The notes under the pieces: model-generated
What the model saw: the letters and a program-made list of their open reading frames with translations, nothing else
Told to the model about the DNA's origin: nothing
Database searches by the model: none
Assembly: GCA_963822575.1 (NCBI GenBank)
Contig: CAWGHZ010000007.1
Coordinates: forward strand, 1,024,739-1,088,738
Reading direction: 5' to 3'
Source of the DNA: an uncultured Alphaproteobacteria bacterium
GTDB taxonomy: Bacteria > Pseudomonadota > Alphaproteobacteria > MPNO01 > DASWLB01
Length of the DNA stretch: 64,000 bases
Position numbers and translations under genes: made by a program
In this document: positions 38,020-47,324 of the stretch, piece after piece
How the letters are laid out: each line of letters begins with the position of its first letter
How positions within the stretch are numbered: position 1 is the first letter of the stretch

Positions 38020-40362
38020 CAGCGCAGCTCCGCGAGAAGTCGTGCCGCTGCGATGGCGGCTTGGCCGAGCGCCAGCCCGCCGTCGTTCGCCGGCACGCGG
38101 GCGTGGCTCAGAACGGTGAAGCCCGCCCGTTCCAGGCGTTGCGCGGTCGCGTCGAACAGGAACGCGTTCTGGAAGCATCCGCCGGTGAGGGCGACGGTGT
38201 CGAACCGCCGGTCCGCGCCGGCGAGCTTCATCGCCATCGCGGCCAGCACGTCGGCGAGGCCGCGATGGAACCGCGCGGCGACGACCGGGGCCGACGTGTC
38301 CAGGATCAAGTCGCCGAGAAGCGCGCGCCACATCGCCAGCGGCTCCACATAGGGCAGGCCATCGGCGCGAAGGTTCGGGATGGTGAACGGGTAGGCGAGA
38401 TCGTCCTCGGGCGCGGCCGCCGCCAAGGCTTCGAGCCGGGAAGCGGCCTCGCCCTCGTAGCCCTGGCGGTCACGGCAAATGCCGACGGCTGCGGCGACGG
38501 CGTCGAACAGGCGTCCGCACGACGAAGCGAGCGGGGCGTTCATACCGCCGCGGATCATCGCGTCGAGGGTGGCGCGCGGCTTACCTGCCAGGAAGCGGTA
38601 GCAATCGAGCGCGGCGAAGTTCATCGCGAATTCGGTCCAGCCCATCTCCGCCATAAGGTGGGCGTAAAGATTGCGCCACGGCTCGCGCACCGCCTGCGCG
38701 CCGCCGGGCAGGGGGACGGGCTTGAACGTGCCGAGCCGGGTCGCGTTCCGGTAATCGGCGAGCAGGAATTCGCCGCCCCAGAGGGTGCCGTCCTCGCCCC
38801 AGCCCGTGCCGTCGAGCGCGATGCCGAGGACCGGCGGCGCGGCGAGAGGCCGGCCGTTTTCCGCCAGGCACGCGGCGACATGGGCGTGGTGGTGCTGCAC
38901 CTCGACGAGGGGCAGGGATCGCCGGTCCGCGCGGGTGCGCGCCAGCTTGGACGACAGATATTCGGGGTGCGTATCGCAGCAGAGTGCGCGCGGCACATGG
39001 TCGAACAGCCGTGCATAATGGTCGAGGGTGTGGACGAAATCGTCGTAGGTCGGCGCGTTCTCGAGATCGCCGATATGTTGCGACAGGATCGCGCGACCGT
39101 CCTTTACCAGGCAGAAGGTGGACTTCAGCTCGCCGCCCATCGCGAGAAAATCGGGTACGCCCGCAAATCCCTCCGGCAGCTGCGATCGGCGCCGGGGCGA
39201 AACCGCGGGCGCGGCGCAGCGCGCGCGTCCGGCCGCCCACGACACGCACCACGGAATCGTCGACGCGCGTCGCGATGCGCCGGTCGTGCACCAGCGCGTA
39301 CGCGGCGACGTCGGCAAGGCGTGCGAGGTCCGCGTCGTCGATGATCTGCGGGTCGTCCGAAACGTTGCCGCTGGTCATCACCACCGGCCGGTCGACGCGG
39401 TGCAGCGCCAGCACGTGCAGCGGCGTCGTCGGCAGCATGATGCCGACGGTCCCGAGGCCGGGTGCCACCGCCTCGGGCAGGCGCTCCGTCCCGTTCGCCC
39501 GCATCAGCACGATGGGCGCGGCCGGGCTCTGCAGCGCGGCGAGCTCGGCCGCGCCGAGGTCGCAGTAGCGGCGCAGGACGGCGGGGTCGCGCACCATCAG
39601 GGCGAAAGGCTTGGTGGGGCGCCGTTTGGCGGCGCGTAGCCGCGCCAGCGCGTCCGGGTTGGTGGCGTCGCAGGCAAGCTGATAGCCGCCCAGCCCCTTG
39701 ATCGCGACGATCTCGCCCTTGAGAAGCAAGGTCGCGACGGCATCGACGTCGTCCACCATCGAGAAGCGGTCGAACGCAACGGCCCGCCCGTCGAGCCGGA
39801 CAAGGCGCGGGCGGGGCCCGCAGGCGTGGCAGGCCGTCGCCTCGGCGTGGAATCGCCGGTCTTCCGGGTCGTCGTATTCCGCGCGGCAGTCGCCACAGAG
39901 CGGGAAGGGCGCCATCGCCGTCCGTTCGCGGTCGTAGGGGATGGCGTCGACGATGCTGAGGCGTGGGCCGCAATGGGTGCAGGTGGCGAAGGCATACCGG
40001 AAGCGGCGCTCGAACGGGTCGAGAATCTCGCGGGCGCATTCGGCGCAGATCGCCGCGTCGGGCGCGATCCCGGTGCGCGCCGCGCCGCCGCGGCTCGGCG
40101 CGATCCGGAAGCCGGCACCCGCGTCGGCGTCGATCGGTCGGCGGTCGATCTGTGCAATGCGGGCCAGTGGCGGGCTCTCCCGCTCCAACCGCGCCAGCAG
40201 CGTGTCGATAGCGTCGGCGCCGCCAGCGACTTCGATCACCACACCGTCGGCGTCGTTGCGCACCTCGCCCGAGAGGCCCAACTCGCGCGCCAGACGCCAG
40301 ACCGCCGGGCGCATGCCGACGCCCTGGACCTGGCCGTGCAGACGGATCTCGATGACGGTCAT
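38019..40362 (-). CDS. hypF: carbamoyltransferase HypF, apparent 1-nt frameshift at ~39180-39210
   Basis: Acylphosphatase, two zinc fingers, YrdC and Kae1-like regions present; ORFs 38581-40362 and 38019-39317 are the two halves in different frames. Confidence 0.7.
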
Positions 40363-40375
40363 GCCATGCTCATCG

Positions 40376-40555
40376 GGCGAGTGCGCCCGCGGCGCGCGCC
40401 TGGACGATCTCGGTGATCTCGGGGCAGGCGTCCTGGACTGCCTTCTTCATGCCGGCCTCGAGCGTCACGACGGAGGCGGGGCACGAGGTGCACGCGCCGG
40501 TGAAGCGCACCTCGACCCGGGGCGGCGCGACGGCGACCAGCTCGACGTCGCCCCG
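40376..40555 (-). pseudogene. NifU/Nfu C-terminal-domain-like coding remnant lacking a start codon, in frame directly after the DUF2182 TGA
   Basis: Translation RGDVELVAVAPPRVEVRFTGACTSCPASVVTLEAGMKKAVQDACPEITEIVQARAAGALAR-stop. Confidence 0.4.
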
Positions 40556-41320
40556 TCATGCGAGGGCGTTCGCCAGCAGATAGAAGCCGATCACCATCAG
40601 CGCGATCCCGGTGGCGTTGGCGACGGCGCGCCCGCCCGGAATCGCCTTCTCCGCGAGAACGAAAAGCGCGATCGCCGCTACCCAGAGGAGGTTCATCACC
40701 CCCACCGCGAACAACAGCCCCATCAGGAACCAGCAGCACCCGACGCAGAAAAACCCGTGTTCGAGTCCCACGCGGAGCGCGCCAACGGGCCCGTCGCGCC
40801 AATGGTTCAACAGGAAGGCGAGCGGAGACCGGCAGGTCCGGAGGCAGGTGTGCTTCCACGGCGTCCACTGATAGGCGCCTGCGACGAGGAACAAGGCGCC
40901 GCCCAGCACGCCGCTGGTGCTGGCCATCATGGGCGACAGCAGGGCGCGCGCGTGCAGCTCGGCCTGTATCGCCGCTGCGGCGAGGCCGAACGCGGTCCAG
41001 GCGGCGATATAGCCGAGCGCGAAGACGGCGGTGGGAACGAATGGGGCGCCCGACTCGCGCTTCCGCCGGTTGACCGTGGCGAACAGGACGATCATCGGCG
41101 TCGCGCTTGGCAGCATCATGCCGACCATCATCACTGCCCACATGACGAACAGGGCGACCAGATCGAGTGTCATCGGCATCGGCGGGCTCATCCCCGTCAT
41201 GCCGCCGCCCATGCTGCCTGCCATCCGGACGAGGTAGAGCCAGGCGAGCGCGGTGAGGACGGCGATGGCGGAGACGACCGGCACCGCGTCGCGACGCGGC
41301 ACCTCCGCGAATGCGGTCAT
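40556..41320 (-). CDS. DUF2182-family integral membrane protein
   Basis: 254 aa, multi-TM, Met/His-rich loops. Confidence 0.7.
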   Translation of the reverse strand: MTAFAEVPRRDAVPVVSAIAVLTALAWLYLVRMAGSMGGGMTGMSPPMPMTLDLVALFVMWAVMMVGMMLPSATPMIVLFATVNRRKRESGAPFVPTAVFALGYIAAWTAFGLAAAAIQAELHARALLSPMMASTSGVLGGALFLVAGAYQWTPWKHTCLRTCRSPLAFLLNHWRDGPVGALRVGLEHGFFCVGCCWFLMGLLFAVGVMNLLWVAAIALFVLAEKAIPGGRAVANATGIALMVIGFYLLANALA

Positions 41321-41324
41321 GGCG

Positions 41325-41948
41325 TTACGGGCCCTGCCATTCGAACGGAGCGAAATGACCGTTGGTCCCGGCAGCCTCGATGTCCCAGTCGATGCCGAAG
41401 GCGTGGATGTGGCTGCGGCTTGCCCGGGCGAGGGCGAGGCGGCTCGACGCCGGATGGCCGAGATTGTCGAGATAGAGCGGCTCGTCCAGCCGCTTGCCGC
41501 CGGGCACCCCGTCGATCGCCTGGTCGAGCGCCTCGGGCACCAGCACGGAGAAGCTCATCCCGGCGCCCTCGAATCGGATGGGGCGGTACTCGACACCCTT
41601 GTGGTCGGAGGCGGCGAGGGCGAAGCGCGCGGGCGGGCCGCCCAGCTTGCCGCCGAGGATCGCGTCGAGCGCCTGGCGCTGGGCGACGTCGGCACGTTCG
41701 TCGGCGATCATGCCGACGGTCCAGCCGCCCTTGGCCATGGGCCCCGGGGTCCGCAGCACGACGGCGAAGTTGAGCCCGCCGAGCAGGACCGAGCCGTGGC
41801 GGCCGTCTTTCACGCGGAAGGCCATCGCCGCGATGCACTCGCCACGCGTCGGCATGGCCTGCGAGTGGCTTTCGGGACAGGGGCAGAGATAGTCGCAGTT
41901 GCAGGTCTCGAAGTAATCGCCCGCAAGCCGCCAGCTCGTGTCCGCCAT
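41325..41948 (-). CDS. DUF1326-family protein
   Basis: MADTSWRLAGDYFETCNCDYLCPCP...; GGGAGGA RBS; usual partner of DUF2182. Confidence 0.7.
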   Translation of the reverse strand: MADTSWRLAGDYFETCNCDYLCPCPESHSQAMPTRGECIAAMAFRVKDGRHGSVLLGGLNFAVVLRTPGPMAKGGWTVGMIADERADVAQRQALDAILGGKLGGPPARFALAASDHKGVEYRPIRFEGAGMSFSVLVPEALDQAIDGVPGGKRLDEPLYLDNLGHPASSRLALARASRSHIHAFGIDWDIEAAGTNGHFAPFEWQGP

Positions 41949-42092
41949 CGCATCCTCCCGGTTCCCAAGGCGCGACTCGCCGTTGCCGCCGCGACGATAC
42001 GCCCGCCGCCGAACGATGGCCAATGAAACGAGCCGTTGTCAGGCGCCGACGGGCCCGTTTCCGCGCCGTCCGGGTTGGCCTAAAGTGGACGG

Positions 42093-42923
42093 ATGGAACT
42101 CGTACCACCATTCGTCAGTCTCGACGCACTGGTCCGCTGCATCCCGGACGGGGCGATGCTCGCCGTGCCGAAGGACGAGGCCGGCGTCGCCATGGCCGCG
42201 ACCCGCGCGCTGATCCGCCGCGCAGCGAAAGGGCTTCACCTCCTTTGCGTGCCGACGTCAGGGTTGCAGGCCGACTTCCTCATCGGCGCCGGGTGCGTCG
42301 CGACCGTCGAATGCGGTGCGGTGACCCTCGACGAGTTCGGCCCGGCGCCGCGGTTCCGTGCTGCGGTGGAAGAGGGCCGGATACGCATTCTGGATTCGAC
42401 CTGCCCGGCCGTCTATGCCGCGCTGCAGGCGGGCGAGAAGGGCAGCCCGTTCGCATCGCTCCGCGGGCTGATCGGCTCGGACGTGGCGCGCCACCGCGCC
42501 GATTGGCGGGTGATCGACAACCCGTTCGGGCCGGGCGGCGACCCGGTGGTGCTGCTGCCGGCGCTGCGCCCGGACGCGGCGCTGTTCCACGCGCGCCTCG
42601 CAGACCGTGCGGGCAACGTCTGGGCGGGCAACAAGCGCGAACTGGTCATCATGGCGCACGCGACAAAGGCGAGCTTCGCAACCGTCGAGGCGATTTTCGA
42701 TGGCGACCTGGTGGCCGACGAGCGCTACGCCGCGGGCACCATTCCGGCCAGCTATATCGACGCGGTGGCGCACATCCCGAACGGCGCCTGGCCGCTCGCG
42801 TTCTTCGACCGCACCGCGCAGGACGCCGCGCATATCCGCGCCTACGCCGCAGCGGCGCGCACCGACGCCGGCTTCGGCGAGTACCTCGCCCGCCACGTGA
42901 TGGGCGAGACGGTTCCCGCGTGA
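42093..42923 (+). CDS. CoA-transferase subunit A (3-oxoacid/glutaconate CoA-transferase family)
   Basis: 276-aa ORF MELVPPFVSLDALVRCIPDGAMLAVPKDEAGVAMAATRALIRRAAKGLHLLCVPTSG... resembles CoA-transferase subunit A; GTGA-coupled to the following subunit B gene. Confidence 0.8.
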   Translation: MELVPPFVSLDALVRCIPDGAMLAVPKDEAGVAMAATRALIRRAAKGLHLLCVPTSGLQADFLIGAGCVATVECGAVTLDEFGPAPRFRAAVEEGRIRILDSTCPAVYAALQAGEKGSPFASLRGLIGSDVARHRADWRVIDNPFGPGGDPVVLLPALRPDAALFHARLADRAGNVWAGNKRELVIMAHATKASFATVEAIFDGDLVADERYAAGTIPASYIDAVAHIPNGAWPLAFFDRTAQDAAHIRAYAAAARTDAGFGEYLARHVMGETVPA

Positions 42924-43654
42924 GCGAACCCTTCAGCCAGGAAGAGCTCCTGATCGCCACGCTGGTGCGGCTGATCGGGACGGCGCGGTCGGTCGCAACC
43001 GGCGTCGCCTCTCCGATCCCCGGCGCCGCCGCGCTGCTGGCCCAGGCCCTGTCGAACGGCGCGACGCGGGCGATGATCCTGGGCGGCACGAAATACGGCC
43101 CGTTCTCGGACGGCGGGCCCGAGCTGTTCGACCGTGCCGGCCAGGGCCGCATCGAAGTGTTCTTTCTCGGCGGCGGGCAGATCGACGGCGCTGCCAACAT
43201 CAACCTGGTCGGTACCGGCCCCCATCCCGCCGCGACGACGCGCTTTCCCGGCAGCTTCGGCTCGGCGTATCTCTACTACGTGGTGCCGCGGGTCATCCTG
43301 TTCCGCGAGGAGCATACGCGGCGCGTGCTGGTCGAGAAGGTCGACTTCGTCAGCGCGCCGGGTTCGAGCCCCGAGGGCGTGTACCGCCCGGGCGGGCCCT
43401 ATGCGCTCCTGACCGGCCGCTGCCTGTTCCGCTTCGACCGGGCGCGCCGACGGTTCCGGCTGGAAAGCCTGCACCCTGGCCACACGCTCGAAGAAGTGCG
43501 GGAACATACGGGGTTCGCCTTCGACGCGCTGGACCGCGTGCCCGAGACCGCGCCGCCCGACCCGGCTTGGCGCGCCATGCTGCATGGTGCGATCCGCGAG
43601 CAGATCGCCGAGGTCTACCCGGAGTTCGCCCGCACCCGCCTCGCCGCTGCCTGA
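42920..43654 (+). CDS. CoA-transferase subunit B
   Basis: GTG start with GTGA overlap. Confidence 0.8.
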   Translation: MSEPFSQEELLIATLVRLIGTARSVATGVASPIPGAAALLAQALSNGATRAMILGGTKYGPFSDGGPELFDRAGQGRIEVFFLGGGQIDGAANINLVGTGPHPAATTRFPGSFGSAYLYYVVPRVILFREEHTRRVLVEKVDFVSAPGSSPEGVYRPGGPYALLTGRCLFRFDRARRRFRLESLHPGHTLEEVREHTGFAFDALDRVPETAPPDPAWRAMLHGAIREQIAEVYPEFARTRLAAA

Positions 43655-43667
43655 GTCACAGTGATCA

Positions 43668-43697
43668 AAGGGGTTGAACCTTTCGGCTCAACCCCTT
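43668..43697. terminator. hairpin between convergent CoA-transferase B and tRNA-Asn
   Basis: AAGGGGTTGAACC-tttc-GGCTCAACCCCTT. Confidence 0.45.
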
Positions 43698-43705
43698 GAT
43701 TTAAC

Positions 43706-43782
43706 TGGCTCCGCGGGAGGGAACTCGAACCCCCGACCCGGCGGTTAACAGCCGCCTGCTCTACCAGCTGAGCTACCGCGGA
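43706..43782 (-). tRNA. tRNA-Asn (GTT), copy with 1-nt insertion in T arm
   Basis: Cloverleaf read by eye; anticodon loop CTGTTAA; CCA encoded; extra A relative to copy 2. Confidence 0.75.
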
Positions 43783-43980
43783 ATGGGCCGCTTATACCAG
43801 CCTGCGCATGGCCTCGCCAGCCTCCGCGCGCCAATGCTGTCGTCACCGCCGGATCAGACGAAGCGGTACCAGACGATGTAGCGAGAAGATGGCGGTCCCC
43901 AACTCGGGCACCACGATCGCGGTGCCCGCTATCGCGTGGTCACGCGACGAATCGATTTCAGACAGCGGTGCGGACCGAGC

Positions 43981-44056
43981 TGGCTCCGCGGGAGGGACTC
44001 GAACCCCCGACCCGGCGGTTAACAGCCGCCTGCTCTACCAGCTGAGCTACCGCGGA
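43981..44056 (-). tRNA. tRNA-Asn (GTT)
   Basis: TCCGCGGTAGCTCAGCTGGTAGAGCAGGCGGCTGTTAACCGCC...CCGCGGAGCCA. Confidence 0.85.
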
Positions 44057-44091
44057 ACAGCCGCTCGCCTAGGGCCGCAAGGACGCGGGGC

Positions 44092-44165
44092 TGGAGGCAC
44101 GGGCCGGAATCGAACCGGCGTACACGGCTTTGCAGGCCGCTGCATAGCCACTCTGCCACCGCGCC
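44092..44165 (-). tRNA. tRNA-Cys (GCA)
   Basis: GGCGCGGTGGCAGAGTGGCTATGCAGCGGCCTGCAAAGCCGT...CCGTGCCTCCA. Confidence 0.8.
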
Positions 44166-44204
44166 CGCCCGCGCCGGCGCGTCGCGCCTTCGGCACAGCG
44201 CCGC

Positions 44205-44234
44205 TATATAGGCGGCGGGCAGGGGGCGGTCAAG
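44205..44234 (-). promoter_or_regulatory. sigma70-like promoter upstream of tRNA-Cys (TTGACC - 18 bp - TATATA)
   Basis: Minus-strand read TTGACCGCCCCCTGCCCGCCGCCTATATA about 35 nt upstream of tRNA 5' end. Confidence 0.5.
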
Positions 44235-44328
44235 CGACCGCTCCCCACCGCTCCCCGCGCGCGTTGTGTTCGCCCGGCTGGGTTAGTATAACCACGACGC
44301 GCTTCGCGTCGCGATTTCCGAGGGGGCC

Positions 44329-44985
44329 ATGCCGGACTACGCCGTTGCCCGCCGCAACATGGTGGCGAGCCAGCTTCGCACCAACCGGGTGACCGATCCC
44401 TCGGTGATCGCCGCGATGGAGGAGATCCCGCGCGAGCGCTTCGTGCCGATCGACCTCGCCGGCGTCGCCTATGTCGACGAGGACCTGCCGCTCGGCCACG
44501 GCCGCTATCTGGTCGAGCCGATGATCCTCGCCCGCATGCTGCAGGAAGCGGAGCTCCTACCGACCGACGTGGTGCTCGATATCGGTTGCGGCACCGGCTA
44601 TTCGACGGCGGTGGCGGCGCGCCTCGCCGATACCGTTTTCGGGCTCGAAGCCGACGCATCGCTTGCCCGGCGTGCCACAGATACGCTGGCCCAGCTCGAG
44701 ATCGACAATGCCGTGGTGGTCGAGGGGCGGTTGGCCGGCGGATACCCTGCTCACGCACCCTACGACGTCATCCTGCTCGAAGGCTCCGTGCCCGAGATTC
44801 CCGCCGCCATCGCCGGTCAGCTTGCCGAGGGCGGGCGGCTGGTTGCAGTCGTGTCGGGGACTGGGCGCACCGGCCGCGCGGTCCTGGCCGCGCGCCGCGC
44901 CGGGGTCGTGTCGCAGCGCGACCTGTTCGACGCGGCGACGCCGCCGCTGACCGGATTCGGCGCCCGCACCGGTTTTCGCTTTTGA
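44329..44985 (+). CDS. pcm: protein-L-isoaspartate O-methyltransferase
   Basis: SAM-binding motif VLDIGCGTGYSTA; 218 aa. Confidence 0.85.
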   Translation: MPDYAVARRNMVASQLRTNRVTDPSVIAAMEEIPRERFVPIDLAGVAYVDEDLPLGHGRYLVEPMILARMLQEAELLPTDVVLDIGCGTGYSTAVAARLADTVFGLEADASLARRATDTLAQLEIDNAVVVEGRLAGGYPAHAPYDVILLEGSVPEIPAAIAGQLAEGGRLVAVVSGTGRTGRAVLAARRAGVVSQRDLFDAATPPLTGFGARTGFRF

Positions 44986-45082
44986 CCCGGGCGGATTGGA
45001 TTAGGATGCCGCGGCCGGTCGACGGAACGGGGAGCGATGGGCCGTGTTGTCGCCAAGAACGGGAACGGGAAGGCTGGCCGGC

Positions 45083-46510
45083 ATGATGGGGGGGTATAGC
45101 GTTGGGACCCGGACGCGGCGCGGTGCGCTCGCGGCTGCGGCGTTCGCGCTGGTAACTGCGACGGCGGGCGCCGCGCCGGCGGCAACGCTCCAGGATGCGC
45201 TGGTCCAGGCCTACAACACGAGCCCCCGCCTTGCCGCCATCCGCGCGCGACTCAGAGCCACCGACGAAAGCGTGGCGACGGCCATGTCGGGCTGGCGCCC
45301 GACGCTGACGCTTTCCGGCAATATCGGCGAGAACTACACCAATTCGGGTTCGGGCGGGCGCACCAGCTTCGGCGCGACCGGCGAACGGACCACCGAGCCG
45401 CGCAGCGCCAGCCTGTCGCTCAACGAAAGCATCTACCGCGGCGGGCGCACCGAGGCGGCGGTGAACCAGGCCGACTTCAACGTCAAGTCCGACCAGGCGC
45501 TGCTGCTCGACACCGAACAGCAAGTGTTGCTGGCCGCGGCCACCGCCTACATGGACGTGGTGCGCGACGAGGCGGTGGTCGATCTCAACGGCAGTAACGT
45601 CAAGGTTCTCCAGCGCCAGCTCGACGCAACGCGCGACCGCTTCCAGGTGGGCGAGGTGACGCGCACCGACGTGTCCCAGGCCGAGGCGAGCCTGGCCGGC
45701 GCGCATGCCGATCTGACCGCGGCCGAGGGCACGCTCGCCAACTCGCGCACGAACTATCTCGCGGTCGTCGGCACCATGCCCGGCACCTTGCGGCCGACGC
45801 AGCCGTTGGCGAGCCTGCCAGCCAACCTGAAGGAGGCGACGGCGCTGGCCGGGGACAAGGCGTTCCCGGTGCTCGAGGCGTCCTACACCGAGCAGGCGGC
45901 GCGCGAAAACGTCGACCTGATCTTTGGCGAGCTGCTGCCGCTGGTTACGGTCGGCGGCAGTCTCAGCGATTCGCGCGACAACGGCATCCAGGGCGCATTC
46001 TCCAAGTCGGCGGCGCTCACCCTCAACGTCACCGTGCCGCTCTACGAATCGGGCAGCGTCTACGCCCGGGTGCGCCAGGCGAAGGAGGTGGCGTCGCAGC
46101 GCCGCGGCGAGCTGGACCTGGCGGTGCGGACCGCCATTCAGACCGCGACCACCGCGTGGAACCAGCTCCAGACCGCGCGGGCCCAACTCAGCTCGTTCAC
46201 CGCGCAGGTCAACTCGGCACAAATCGCCCTCAACGGCATTCAGCAAGAGGCCCAGGTCGGCCAGCGCACCGTTCTCGACGTGCTCACCACGCAACAGACT
46301 CTGCTGACCGCCCAGGTGAACCTTGTGCGGGCGCGCCACGACCTGGTGATTGCCAGCTACAGCGTGCGCTCGGCCGTCGGCGCGCTCACCGCGCGGGACC
46401 TCAAGCTGCCGGTCAACTATTACGACTACGTCCAGCATTACAAGGACACGCGCTATCGCTGGTTCGGCACCGGCATCAGCACCGAGGACCGCCGCACCAC
46501 GGGCAAATAG
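45083..46510 (+). CDS. tolC: TolC-family outer membrane efflux protein
   Basis: Signal peptide; two repeated OEP helical/beta regions. Confidence 0.8.
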   Translation: MMGGYSVGTRTRRGALAAAAFALVTATAGAAPAATLQDALVQAYNTSPRLAAIRARLRATDESVATAMSGWRPTLTLSGNIGENYTNSGSGGRTSFGATGERTTEPRSASLSLNESIYRGGRTEAAVNQADFNVKSDQALLLDTEQQVLLAAATAYMDVVRDEAVVDLNGSNVKVLQRQLDATRDRFQVGEVTRTDVSQAEASLAGAHADLTAAEGTLANSRTNYLAVVGTMPGTLRPTQPLASLPANLKEATALAGDKAFPVLEASYTEQAARENVDLIFGELLPLVTVGGSLSDSRDNGIQGAFSKSAALTLNVTVPLYESGSVYARVRQAKEVASQRRGELDLAVRTAIQTATTAWNQLQTARAQLSSFTAQVNSAQIALNGIQQEAQVGQRTVLDVLTTQQTLLTAQVNLVRARHDLVIASYSVRSAVGALTARDLKLPVNYYDYVQHYKDTRYRWFGTGISTEDRRTTGK

Positions 46511-46572
46511 CGCCGCCCGTTCAGATTTTGTAAACCGTACCCGTCCACCTTGGCGGAAACGGGGTTCACGAC

Positions 46573-47256
46573 ATGGCCGATCCCAAACCGCAGCCGCAGC
46601 AGGAGCCGTCGATGGAGGAGATTCTGGCCTCCATCCGGCGGATCATCTCGGAGGACGACACCGACGCGCCGCACCCGGCCGCGGCCGCTCCGCCCGCGCC
46701 GGAGCCGACGCCCGAGCCGACGCCGGCGCCGGTGCGGCCAGCTCCCAAGCCTGCGGCGGCTGCCCTGCCGCCCGCGCCCGCGGCCAAGCCGGAGGCCGAG
46801 CCCGACGACGTGCTCGAGCTGACCGACCAGGTGGGGGAAGGCGGCAAGGTCGTGCCGCTCGCCGCGCTCGATGCCGCGCCTGCTGCGACCGAGGTGGAGC
46901 TTCGCGACATGGCCGACGACCCGGCGCCCGCCGTGCCGGAACCAGAACCCAAGCCCGAATTCGAGCCGGCGCCGGTGCCGGCGGCGGCCGCGCCGCGGAC
47001 GGTGGCCGCGGAAGGCGATCTCGTTTCGCAGGCGACGGCCCAGGCGGCGACCGCCAGCCTCGCCGCTCTCGCCCAGGCGGTCGACCGCCAGGCGTCCGGC
47101 GCGCCGATCGGCGTCGGCGGGCGCACGCTCGAGGACCTGGTGAAGGAGATCATGCGGCCGATGATTCGCGACTGGCTCGACGCCCACCTGCCGGGGCTGG
47201 TCGAGCGGCTGGTCCGGCGCGAAATCGAGCGCATCGCGCACGCGGCGCAGGACTAG
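46573..47256 (+). CDS. popZ: polar organizing protein PopZ (DUF2497)
   Basis: N-terminal EPSMEEILASIRRIISEDD, Pro/Ala-rich middle, C-terminal LEDLVKEIMRPMIRDWLDAHLPGLVERLVRREIERIA; located beside valS. Confidence 0.75.
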   Translation: MADPKPQPQQEPSMEEILASIRRIISEDDTDAPHPAAAAPPAPEPTPEPTPAPVRPAPKPAAAALPPAPAAKPEAEPDDVLELTDQVGEGGKVVPLAALDAAPAATEVELRDMADDPAPAVPEPEPKPEFEPAPVPAAAAPRTVAAEGDLVSQATAQAATASLAALAQAVDRQASGAPIGVGGRTLEDLVKEIMRPMIRDWLDAHLPGLVERLVRREIERIAHAAQD

Positions 47257-47324
47257 CGCGCCCCGCCTGACGCCGCGTAGAAGGCCGGATGACAAGTCCG
47301 GCCGGAACGCGTTAAACACCCGCC

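Noticed and set aside
40556-40558. TGA as selenocysteine codon joining DUF2182 to the NifU-like segment
   Set aside because: No SECIS-like hairpin is evident immediately downstream. A TM helix running directly into a NifU domain without a linker is implausible, so a remnant or overlap is more likely. It is kept as a finding, but the selenoprotein interpretation is rejected.
43655-44330. Integrase, transposase or att sites flanking the tRNA cluster
   Set aside because: No such ORF and no obvious direct repeat were found by eye within the window.
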